A stretch of DNA of 64,000 nucleotides. Source: an uncultured Gemmatimonadales bacterium (GTDB lineage: Bacteria > Gemmatimonadota > Gemmatimonadetes > Gemmatimonadales > GWC2-71-9). Positions 48,601 to 56,529 of the stretch are shown piece by piece. Location: the NCBI GenBank assembly GCA_963795085.1, contig CAWCFX010000004.1, forward strand, positions 640,001 through 704,000, read 5' to 3'. The notes beneath the pieces are model-generated. The model saw only the letters and a list, made by a program, of their open reading frames with translations, had not been told where the DNA came from and did no database searches. The number at the start of each line of letters is the position of its first letter. Position 1 is the first letter of the stretch. A program made the position numbers and the translations under genes.

Positions 48601-49611
48601 ATCTTCCAGGCGCAGTCCTACCAGGCGGCCCAGAACACCTACCGCGGCACGGAAGGCGCGTACGCGGCGGCCAAGCGGGCGGCGGACTTCAACCTGTACT
48701 GGGGGGCGGGCGGGCTGATCGACTCGGTCATTGACGTCACGCACAACGTGCCGGTGCCGTTCCGCGACAGCGTGATCGGCGGATCGTGGGGCGTGCTCAA
48801 CCAGTCGGCGGCGCAGCCGTCGGGGCTCAACATCTCGTTCGACCGCCGGACCGAACTGACGGCGACCGACATGGGGTGCGTGGAGCCGTTGCGGAGCCTC
48901 GGCGCGGCGGCGCAATCGCCGATCGTCTGCGGTACGAGCGCGCTGGGCGACGGCCCGCAGTACATCCTCAGCAACACGGTCATCCCCGGGCCGATCGCGA
49001 TGTTCAGCCTCGGCTCGACGACGAACGCCCGGGTCTCCGCGGCGGCCGCCAACAACGGCTTTGTCCTCTACATCTCGGGGGATGTCTTCACCTTCGAGCT
49101 GACGGGCGGCGCGGTGCCGGCGTCGGGCACGGTGTGGTCACTGCGCCAGTACGTCGGCGCGATCTCGGGTGGTAACGGGGCAGCCGGCGACTTCGGTCCC
49201 TACGTGTACAGCAACCCCGAGGGGGTCATGCCGGTGACGGCGGTGGGCGTGGACCTGCGGGCGAGCTTCGATGTCGTCAACCAGGTGAATGCCCCGACGG
49301 AGGCGAATCTGGCCCAGGTACACACGGTGCCGGACCCGTACTACGTCACCAGCGAGTTCGAGCAGAGCACGGACACCAAGGTGATCAAGTTCGTGAACCT
49401 GCCGCAGGACGCCGTGGTCCGGATCTACTCGTCCAGCGGCGTGCTGGTGAACCTGCTGGAGCACCATTCGACCACCTTCGGGGGCGCGCTGGACTGGAAC
49501 GTGCGGAACCGGAACAACCAGGTGGTCGCCAGCGGGGTGTACTTCTATCACATTGAGTCGGGGAACGCGCGCCGGGTCGGGCGCTTCACCATCGTTAACT
49601 TCGCGCAGTAG
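45610..49611 (+). CDS. Large secreted protein (about 1333 aa) with T9SS-like C-terminal sorting domain
   Basis: Signal peptide; Fn3-like segments (EGYRVYR, YFYSVTAFD); C-terminus VPDPY...IKFVNLP...RIYSSSG...DWNVRN...ASGVYFYHIE. Confidence 0.8.
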   Translation: MHTPNRLKAVVVILVAALATLPASAHAGPEPGARGRGFRIFARPLGALTINRIYCGLDSSGQVCADSLGSSTIGGGYWPKGTANQYVFNSGLQLAGIIGPDGGPWASDTTGAFFFDPKGTTPSSEQVQPIYNTQSASDNAFICGIGSFGCNSGTTDPVALAARVPAADANANLYNQLLQGRTAASQGDVWWLSWDGNPGLLAGRPHPLGVVVEQRGLGWNFPSGNEDIIYFIYTFYNVTSINPADYAAVRPGMREILIQQANTFQQRNEATFGISLPDGGYTITNMFANFSADMDVGSATQNYASVNVPFALGYTYENTFSRFAGWTFDPAIFGAPFFAGTGFVGVKYLKSPVVNGQEVGLSLFSNTTNGGGDLNDPRDVKQLYRYVSGTLSPAFGDGACNFNPQTDKICFIRTASPFDMRFFQSSGPLTLAPGEFGSVVVAYLFAAPVATGGSAACPTCDIKPGNAAITANLDDPNVVASGVNPIDSITGFLSATDGNGDGVLTQEEFVVVPGSLLGKAKVAQAVFDNQFLLPFAPDAPEFFLIPGDNQVTVMWRPSPSEQGGDPFYAIASQATVLCDPDDVMSGQCPNPLYDPNYREFDVEGYRVYRGRVDAPNALRLLAQFDQIGTVISDYAGQIQPSALCAPELGVTTNCPIVYDPIAPGLPRSAHVDVPLVGAITQVKLGDRALLANNEAIILSQDITPNSIGSAGSCAPSICPALSDTGVPFVYVDNTVRNNFRYFYSVTAFDINSFQSGPSNLESARVTKPVTPVRPAGNYANAGTLTSVTIEGRGVTLDHNAPLPTIDGATGQFSGPFPAASDWTIGFGDFVAAVLSQPGSFAAHLDSISLGSPYDGIPHLYWWTATSGNNSASFSVAILQTQEIGVRSGATSFSAVPADPALASRYGGGAGYTIPGQVGMSLPGPDYMTIYGRGCVNTRPGFAAAGECTYNGSRWFDGPSPANNETAVDPIAGNGPNFTAFDMSGNYNNAGALTGVTTIFQAQSYQAAQNTYRGTEGAYAAAKRAADFNLYWGAGGLIDSVIDVTHNVPVPFRDSVIGGSWGVLNQSAAQPSGLNISFDRRTELTATDMGCVEPLRSLGAAAQSPIVCGTSALGDGPQYILSNTVIPGPIAMFSLGSTTNARVSAAAANNGFVLYISGDVFTFELTGGAVPASGTVWSLRQYVGAISGGNGAAGDFGPYVYSNPEGVMPVTAVGVDLRASFDVVNQVNAPTEANLAQVHTVPDPYYVTSEFEQSTDTKVIKFVNLPQDAVVRIYSSSGVLVNLLEHHSTTFGGALDWNVRNRNNQVVASGVYFYHIESGNARRVGRFTIVNFAQ

Positions 49612-49671
49612 CCCAGGTCAGGCGGGTGGGGCCATCCGGCTCCATCCGCCGCATCCAGGAGAGTGGACACC

Positions 49672-50793
49672 ATGCGTTCTACGTTTACTAAGCGGTTGAC
49701 CCTCGTGGTGACGCTGCTGGGCGGCCTGCCGGTCTACGGCGCAGCACAGAGCGTCAACCAGGACAACACTCCCTACGGCACCACGGCGGCGGAATTCCTG
49801 CTGCTGGGCGCCGGCGCGCGCGGCACCGCCCTGGGCGGGGCCTTCGCGTCCATCGTGTCGGACGTGAGCGCGCTCTACTACAACCCGGCCGGCGCGGCTT
49901 TGATGAGCCGGCCCGGCGCGATGGTCGGCACCTACGACTATATCGCCGAAACCCGCTATACCTGGGCCGGCGTGGCCTTCCCCTTCGGGGGCGGGGCCCG
50001 CACCTTCGGCCTCCAGCTGGGCACCTTCGGGTTCAGCGACCAGCCGGTGTACACCGCCGAGGAGCCGGATGGGACGGGCTCGGTCTACTCGGTGAGCGAG
50101 ACGTTTGCCGGGCTGACCTATGCCGAGAACTTCTCGGACCGGTTCAGCGCGGGGCTCACGGCCAAGTTCATCTTCGACAAGCTGGGCGATGCCAGCGGCA
50201 GCGCCCTGGCCGTGGACTTCGGGACCAACTTCCATGCGATGCTGTCGGGCCACCCGGTGAAGTTCAGCTTCGTGCTGGCCAACCTGGGCACCGATCTCTC
50301 GTATGGCGGCGACGCGCTGAACGCGGAAGACCCGCGGGAGCCGCTGCCGGGCGAGGACCCGGTGTCGACCCTGCCGCAGCCGGCCCGGCTGCGGACCAAG
50401 GGGTTCCCGCTGCCGACGACGTTCCGGGTGGGGCTGGCGTATGACATCCTGACCGGGGCCAACAACCGGCTGACCTTCCTCTCCGACTTCAACCAGCCGA
50501 ACAACAACTCGGCGGGCTTCGTGGTGGGCACGGAGTGGGCGCTGAACCGGCTGGGCGGGAGCGGCTTCGGGGTGGCGCTGCGGGGCAGCTACAGCTACAC
50601 CGGGGCGAACAACCTGGAGACGGCGGATCCCTCGAGCACGGCGCTGACGGACGAAGAGAACTACCACGGCGCGGCGTTCGGCGGGGGCCTGAACTACGGC
50701 ACCGGCACCTTCAGCCTGGGCGTCGACTATGCCTACAAGTACATGGGCATCCTCGGCGGCACCAACTTCTTCAGCTTCAATATCGGCTGGTAG
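49672..50793 (+). CDS. PorV/PorQ-like outer-membrane beta-barrel
   Basis: FLLLGAGARGTALG, ALYYNPAG, AVDFG, LPTTFRVG, DYAY, terminal W. Confidence 0.82.
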   Translation: MRSTFTKRLTLVVTLLGGLPVYGAAQSVNQDNTPYGTTAAEFLLLGAGARGTALGGAFASIVSDVSALYYNPAGAALMSRPGAMVGTYDYIAETRYTWAGVAFPFGGGARTFGLQLGTFGFSDQPVYTAEEPDGTGSVYSVSETFAGLTYAENFSDRFSAGLTAKFIFDKLGDASGSALAVDFGTNFHAMLSGHPVKFSFVLANLGTDLSYGGDALNAEDPREPLPGEDPVSTLPQPARLRTKGFPLPTTFRVGLAYDILTGANNRLTFLSDFNQPNNNSAGFVVGTEWALNRLGGSGFGVALRGSYSYTGANNLETADPSSTALTDEENYHGAAFGGGLNYGTGTFSLGVDYAYKYMGILGGTNFFSFNIGW

Positions 50794-50862
50794 GAGAACT
50801 GAGGGAATTGAGGGAGTTGAGGGAATTTCGGTAGTTCCAGAATTCCCTCTTTTCCCATTCCC
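50794..50862. repeat. GAGGGAATT nonamer tandem repeat with inverted copy
   Basis: gagggaatt-gagggagtt-gagggaatt ... aattccctc. Confidence 0.6.
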
Positions 50863-51018
50863 ATCTGACAATCCCGCGGTGCCGACAACCGGGCCGGTTG
50901 GCGCCGGACGGACGATCGCCCGCCTCGACGTCCGGATTGGACACCGCCGCCACGCCATTCAACCTTCTGGAAAGTAGTCACGTCTAATGGTTTCAGCCTC
51001 GTGGTAAGGCGGGAACCG

Positions 51019-53382
51019 TTGCATCCGACCTTCAGAGAGCAACTCACCGACGCCCTGGCCGGGGCCTACGTGATCGAGCGGGAGCTCGATGGCGGCGGCA
51101 TGGCCCGGCTCTTCCTTGCCCGGGATACTGGCCTTGAGCGGCGGGTCGTGATCAAGGTCCTGCCCCCTGACCTCGCATCCGGCGTGGGCACCGAGCGGTT
51201 TCGCCGGGAAATCGCCCTTGCCGCCCAGCTTCAGCACGCCAATATCGTTCCCCTGCTCACCGCGGGAGAAGCAGCCGGTCATCCCTATTTCATCATGCCC
51301 TATATCGAGGGCGAATCCCTGCGGCGGCGGGTCGCGCTGGGGCCATTGCCGGTGCAGGAGGTGGCGGTGATCCTCCGTGACGTGTCCCGCGCCCTGGCTT
51401 ATGCGCACGAGCGGGGGGTGATCCACCGGGACATCAAGCCCGACAACATCCTCGTGGCCGGCGGCGCGGCGATGGTCAGCGATTTTGGTGTCGCTCGGGC
51501 TCTCCGCCCGGAAATCCATCCGGCGACCAGCGGCAAATTGACGTCGGACGGGACATCCCTGGGCACCCCGGCTTACATGGCTCCGGAACAGGTCGCCGCC
51601 GACCCCGCGGCCGACCACCGAGCCGACCTGTACGCGCTCGGAATCCTGGGGTATGAGTTGCTTGCGGGGCACACCCCCTTCCATGACCGGACACCCCAGG
51701 CGATCCTGGCGGCTCACCTGACCGAGCGGCCACGGTCCCTTCGGGATATCCGCCCGGATGTTGATCCCGGCCTGGCCGCGGTGATCGAGCGATGCCTCGA
51801 GAAGGCACCGGAGGCCCGTCTCCAGTCTGCCACGCAGGTAAACGCGGCACTCGAAACTCCCAGCGGAAGGACGCTGGCTGTTGCCTGGCGACCGCCTCGC
51901 CGTTGGAAAGGACCGGTGGTTGCCGGCGGGGTGGCCGCCTTGCTTCTCCTCTTGATCGCCGGTTTCATCGCCGCCCGCATGCGCGATACGGCCGTGATAA
52001 ACGCTATCGCGGTGCTGCCGCTGGTTGACCTGGGCAATGATGCCGAATATTTCGCCGACGGCATGACCGAGGAACTCATCGGCGCATTATCGGAACTTCC
52101 TGGCCTCCACGTGGCTTCCCGCACATCGGCATTCACCTTCAAGGGCCGGCGGGACATGGACGCAAAGCAGATCGGAAACCAGCTCTCGGTCACCCATCTT
52201 GTGGAAGGAACGCTCCGAAAGGATGGAAACCAGCTTCGAATGTCCGCTCGTTTGATCAGTACCAGGGACGGCCTGACCATCTGGTCGGCAACCTATCAGC
52301 GCGAGATCAGCGATGTGTTCGCCGTGCAGGAAGCTCTGGCCCGCGACGTGGCGGGGGCGCTGCGTATTCGACTGGGCGGCCAGCCTCTCGTCAGGCGGGG
52401 CACCGCGGACCTGGCCGCCTATGACCTGTACCTGCGCGGACGTTTTTTCTGGCGCCAGCGCGGTGTGGACGGGCTGCGAATGGCGGTGGAACTCTTTCAG
52501 CAGGCCACCGAGAAGGATCCTGCCTTTGCCGCAGCCTATACCGGCCTGGCGGACGCCCTGGGGCTTCTGCCCCTGTACGGCAGGACGCCCTTTGATTCGG
52601 TCGTGGGGCCGGCCCGGGAAGCCGCCGAGCGCGCCATTCACCTGGATGACACCCTGGCGGAGGCGCATGCCTCCCTGGGCCAGCTGCTTCGAAACACCGG
52701 CGGGTGGGTGGAGAGCGAGTCCCATCTTCGCCAGGCAATTGCGCTGGACTCGACCTACGCTCCGGCCTACCAGTGGCTGGGTGAAGTCCTGTACCTGAAC
52801 GGGCGGTTGGACGAATCCCTTGCGGCCCTCCGCATCGGCATCAGGATGGATCCCCTGTCCTCGACCATCGCCATGGTCACCAGCTATGTGTACGGGATCG
52901 CAGGGGACTCGCTGCGCTCGGATAGCCTTGCCCAGCGTGCTATCGACCTGGCGCCGCGTGCCTGGCCGGTCTACGGATTCATTGGTGCGGCCGCCCTGGA
53001 AGGCGGCAGGCTGGCCCGTGCTGTCGAGTACCTCCGAGTGGCCGAAGGCTTGGAACCCGGTCTTCCAGCCCCGTTCCGCGGACTGCTGGCCCATGCCCAT
53101 GCCGCGCTGGGCCACCAGGCTGAAGCCCGGAAGATCCTGGTTCAGCTGCTGGGAGAGCGTCCCCAGTCGCCTACGGCCCTGGCCTCGGTCTACGCCGGCC
53201 TGGGAGAGCAAACGAAAGCCATTGAAATGCTGGAGCGGGCTGTTGCGGAACGGGAGCCGTTTCTGTTTGCGGCCTCGGTTTCTCCCCGCTGGTATGCCAG
53301 CCTTCGCGCCGAGCCCAAGTTCGCGGGCATCGTGCAGTCGCTTCGGCTTGATCCCCGGGCCTTACACCCCCGGGCGCCCTAG
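51019..53382 (+). CDS. Hanks-type Ser/Thr protein kinase with TM, TolB-N-like and TPR regions
   Basis: GGGMA, VIKVL, HRDIKPDN, DFG, GTPAYMAPE, IAVLP, YFADGMTEE, AYDLYLRG. Start uncertain (51001 or 51019). Confidence 0.92.
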   Translation: MHPTFREQLTDALAGAYVIERELDGGGMARLFLARDTGLERRVVIKVLPPDLASGVGTERFRREIALAAQLQHANIVPLLTAGEAAGHPYFIMPYIEGESLRRRVALGPLPVQEVAVILRDVSRALAYAHERGVIHRDIKPDNILVAGGAAMVSDFGVARALRPEIHPATSGKLTSDGTSLGTPAYMAPEQVAADPAADHRADLYALGILGYELLAGHTPFHDRTPQAILAAHLTERPRSLRDIRPDVDPGLAAVIERCLEKAPEARLQSATQVNAALETPSGRTLAVAWRPPRRWKGPVVAGGVAALLLLLIAGFIAARMRDTAVINAIAVLPLVDLGNDAEYFADGMTEELIGALSELPGLHVASRTSAFTFKGRRDMDAKQIGNQLSVTHLVEGTLRKDGNQLRMSARLISTRDGLTIWSATYQREISDVFAVQEALARDVAGALRIRLGGQPLVRRGTADLAAYDLYLRGRFFWRQRGVDGLRMAVELFQQATEKDPAFAAAYTGLADALGLLPLYGRTPFDSVVGPAREAAERAIHLDDTLAEAHASLGQLLRNTGGWVESESHLRQAIALDSTYAPAYQWLGEVLYLNGRLDESLAALRIGIRMDPLSSTIAMVTSYVYGIAGDSLRSDSLAQRAIDLAPRAWPVYGFIGAAALEGGRLARAVEYLRVAEGLEPGLPAPFRGLLAHAHAALGHQAEARKILVQLLGERPQSPTALASVYAGLGEQTKAIEMLERAVAEREPFLFAASVSPRWYASLRAEPKFAGIVQSLRLDPRALHPRAP

Positions 53383-54359
53383 TCGTGATCGCGTCGTCGC
53401 CACGATGACCCGTCGTACTCCCAGAGATCGCTGAGCTTGGCGCCGTTGGCATTGGAGCCGCCGAACAGGACCAATTGTTTCCGAACCGGGTCGAACGCGA
53501 TGCTCGCCTCCATCCTGGCCGGGGGCCCGGCTTGATCCACCATCGATCGCCAGGTGCCGCCGTGCCAGTGAAAGAGCGCCCGACTCGGCGCCCTGCCATC
53601 CCATCCGCCAAACACTCCCAACCCTCCCTGCGGGAGCGGCACGAGCTGGCTGTTGGGAGTGATCTCCGGACCATCCCCGATCCGGCTCCACCCTGACCCG
53701 TCCCAGCTCCAGGTGTCGGAGTACCTCCGGCCCTCAGCGTCGGCTCCGCCCATCAGGATGATTCTGTTCCGCGCGGAGTCATAGCCCATCACGTGTCCGG
53801 CCCGGGCCGCCGGCCCCGGCCCAGCCGATCGCCGCCAGGTGCTGCCGTTCCACACCCAGGTGTCTCCAAGCATGGCCTTTCGTTCGACGGAGTATCCGCC
53901 GAAGACAACCAGCTGATCGTGCTGCGGGTCGAAGGTCCCTGCGGCCATGTGACGAGATCCCGGTCCAGTCGGCGCGAGCCGGGACCAACGCCCGCCCTCC
54001 CACGCCCAGATATCCTCAAACTGTTCGGCACTGTTCTGCCCGCCAAACAACAGGACCCGGTGCCGCCGGGTATCAGTGGCGAGGATAGCCCCGGAACGCG
54101 CTCCGGGCGCCCCATCGCCGAGCGCCTGCCAGCGATCGCCGTCCCAGGCCCAGAGGGCTGAGTCGGCGTGGAGACCCCGGTCCCGCATGCCGCCGTACAC
54201 CAGGACCCGCCGGCTGGCCGCGTCCCATGCCGCCCCGGCATTGGAGACCGCCGCCGGCGAGGGCGTTGTCTGCCCCACCGCCGCGGGTCCCGACGTCAGA
54301 ACGGCGAGCAGTGCCATCACTGCCGCTCGCTTCCTGTTCGACTTGAAACGCCTGGTCAT
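53379..54359 (-). CDS. Secreted Kelch-repeat beta-propeller protein
   Basis: Six repeats of D-x-R-x-V-L-F-GG...DTW-x-WDG-x-W. Confidence 0.88.
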   Translation of the reverse strand: MTRRFKSNRKRAAVMALLAVLTSGPAAVGQTTPSPAAVSNAGAAWDAASRRVLVYGGMRDRGLHADSALWAWDGDRWQALGDGAPGARSGAILATDTRRHRVLLFGGQNSAEQFEDIWAWEGGRWSRLAPTGPGSRHMAAGTFDPQHDQLVVFGGYSVERKAMLGDTWVWNGSTWRRSAGPGPAARAGHVMGYDSARNRIILMGGADAEGRRYSDTWSWDGSGWSRIGDGPEITPNSQLVPLPQGGLGVFGGWDGRAPSRALFHWHGGTWRSMVDQAGPPARMEASIAFDPVRKQLVLFGGSNANGAKLSDLWEYDGSSWRRRDHD

Positions 54360-54570
54360 AGTGACACCGGTTCGAGAAGATCGCTCCGTCAAGTTTACGG
54401 GGGCGGGACTTCAGGGTTTCCGGCTCTCCCCGGTGCCGGAGGATACGGCGACTGGGTGGGGGGAGTCCTGTGTGCGTGCGAAGCACGTGCGTTCTGTCCT
54501 AGACGGGTCTCCGGGTGCCCCCGATCTTGAGCCGTCGGCTCCGCGCCCCCAATTCCTGCTCCATGGCCCC

Positions 54571-55761
54571 ATGATCCTGCTCCTTGCCGCTTCGCTCCTC
54601 GCCGGCGGGATTTCCCCCGCCTCCGCCGATCGGCCCGACTCGCGAACCCGGGTCGTGGTGCTGGGGGTGGCCCATTCGATCCAGCTCGTGTCTCGCCGCA
54701 GCGAACCGGCGACGATCCTGGCCCTGTTCGAGCGGATCAAGCCGGCTGCCGTTTGCCTCGAACTGACGCCAAGCCGGTACAGCGCCATGGCCTGGCATGA
54801 GTTCACCTACGAGCAGCAGCAGTTGCTGATACCCTACGCCCGGGAACGCAGGCTTCCGGTATATCCCTTCGACTGGGAGCCGGCAGCCGAAGACGAGTTC
54901 CTGGCCTTCGGCCTCACCTGGAACCCCCCGCCGCTGATCCGCCGGCGCCGGGATCCGCAGTTCTTCCTCTCGTTCACGGACTCCGCGCTGCAGGGCTCGA
55001 CACCCTTCTTTGCCGATTCGGCGAAGAGCAGGGAGGAATACCGTTCATGGTACGACGCGCGGGACTCCAATGCCATGGGGGAGCGGGCCCGGCGGCTCTT
55101 CCTGTATCGCACGTCGCTCCAGGCGGCTCGCATCGCCGCCGCGGCCAAACGGCATCCCGGAGAAATCGTCCTCGTGGTAGTCGGAGCCTTTCACAAGGAC
55201 GATATCGAACAGGCGCTCGGCCAGGATTCCACCTTCGAGATCGTCCAGCCCTCCACCTACGGACTGCCGGCCCCCGGCGAAGTCGAGCCATTTCGCCGGC
55301 CGGACCAGTTTTCGGCCATTGCGGCCTTCAACCTGCTGGGGCTGCAAAGCCGGGTTGACGGCGCAGACTGGACCTGGCTGGCCGACGCGGTTGGTCGGGT
55401 CCGGGACGCCGGCTCAACGGCCGAAGCCGACCTGCTGGAAACCCGCCTCGGCGTGCTGGCGGGGCGGATCCCACCCCGCGAGGCCAGGGACCGGTACCGG
55501 CGCATCGGCGAGGCCGCGGGGAATTCGGTATTCCGATGGACCGGCGTCCTCGACCGGCGACGGCTGGATTCCTATTTTGATCCCTTTGGGAACCTCACGA
55601 TCGCCCAGCGGGCCCGGCTCGAAATGGCTCGCGAGTCCGCCAAGCTGAACGAGCCAGGCGAAACCCAGCGGCTGCGCCGGTTGCTGGCAGGAGAACTCCC
55701 CGAGTTGCAGCGGGTGCAGTTGGAAGCCTACTGGCGGGAATTCCTCGAACAGACCCGCTGA
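54571..55761 (+). CDS. Secreted hypothetical protein, TraB/ChaN-like fold suspected
   Basis: Signal peptide, VVVLGVAH, PAAVCLE, VLVVVGAFH. Confidence 0.6.
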   Translation: MILLLAASLLAGGISPASADRPDSRTRVVVLGVAHSIQLVSRRSEPATILALFERIKPAAVCLELTPSRYSAMAWHEFTYEQQQLLIPYARERRLPVYPFDWEPAAEDEFLAFGLTWNPPPLIRRRRDPQFFLSFTDSALQGSTPFFADSAKSREEYRSWYDARDSNAMGERARRLFLYRTSLQAARIAAAAKRHPGEIVLVVVGAFHKDDIEQALGQDSTFEIVQPSTYGLPAPGEVEPFRRPDQFSAIAAFNLLGLQSRVDGADWTWLADAVGRVRDAGSTAEADLLETRLGVLAGRIPPREARDRYRRIGEAAGNSVFRWTGVLDRRRLDSYFDPFGNLTIAQRARLEMARESAKLNEPGETQRLRRLLAGELPELQRVQLEAYWREFLEQTR

Positions 55762-55785
55762 CCCACCACTCCCGGGAGGTCCCGT

Positions 55786-56085
55786 ATGCCAGCCTACCTG
55801 ATGGTCGAGGTGCACATTGACGACCCCGTGGCCTACCAGGAATACATCCGCCAGGTGCCGCCCACGATCGAACTGTACGGCGGCCGGTACCTGGCGCGGG
55901 GCGGTGCGACGACGGTGCTCGAAGGCGATGCCCCACCCATGCGCAGGGCAATCGTCGAGTTCCCCTCGGTGGAGCGAGCCCGGGAATGGTGGGCGTCCTC
56001 CGAGTATGCGCCGGCGAAACAGATCCGGCAGGCATGTGCCCGCGCCACACTGGTGCTGATCGAAGGAATCGGCGGGGCCTCCTGA
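55786..56085 (+). CDS. DUF1330 domain protein
   Basis: MPAY, YGGRYLARGG, VLEG, EFPS, WWASSEY. Confidence 0.92.
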   Translation: MPAYLMVEVHIDDPVAYQEYIRQVPPTIELYGGRYLARGGATTVLEGDAPPMRRAIVEFPSVERAREWWASSEYAPAKQIRQACARATLVLIEGIGGAS

Positions 56086-56191
56086 AAGGCTTGGACCATC
56101 TCCCCTCCGGCGAGATGGCCATGGCTGCCGCCGGTGCGAACCGTCTGTCTCGAGTCTCGAATCTTCCAACGCCACGGCTGGAGTCGTTCCT

Positions 56192-56368
56192 ATGCATCTT
56201 CGCACATCAGCACTACTGGTCCTGGTTCTCCTCCTGTCCGGCTGCGGAGGGACCACGATCAACTCCATCCGCAAGATGGTGCCGGTGGCCCTGCTCGTGA
56301 GCCTGGCCGGTTTCTCCACGCTGGCCAATGCCCGCCGGACAGCGTGCCCGACCCGGCCGGAGACGTGA
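56192..56368 (+). CDS. Small 58-aa putative lipoprotein or gene remnant
   Basis: Hand-translated MHLRTSALLVLVLLLSGCGG...; GGAG RBS at 56180; too short for the ORF track. Confidence 0.45.
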   Translation: MHLRTSALLVLVLLLSGCGGTTINSIRKMVPVALLVSLAGFSTLANARRTACPTRPET

Positions 56369-56529
56369 TCAGGTAGGAGGGCGGTTTGAATGCCCGTGAG
56401 TTTCCGTGCGGCCGCTCCCTGGGGCGGCCGTGCGGCGTTTTCACAGGTGTTCCGCCGCGGGGTTAGTATTGAAGGGATCTTCCGCGGCCCGGAAACCGTC
56501 CTTCCAGCCCCGACGTAAAGACCTGCAGC

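Noticed and set aside
22889..50862. Short repeats as CRISPR arrays
   Set aside because: Units are 7-9 bp, with no unique spacers and no cas genes.
42220..56500. Prophage or integrative element at the tRNAs
   Set aside because: No integrase, phage gene or att repeat noticed.
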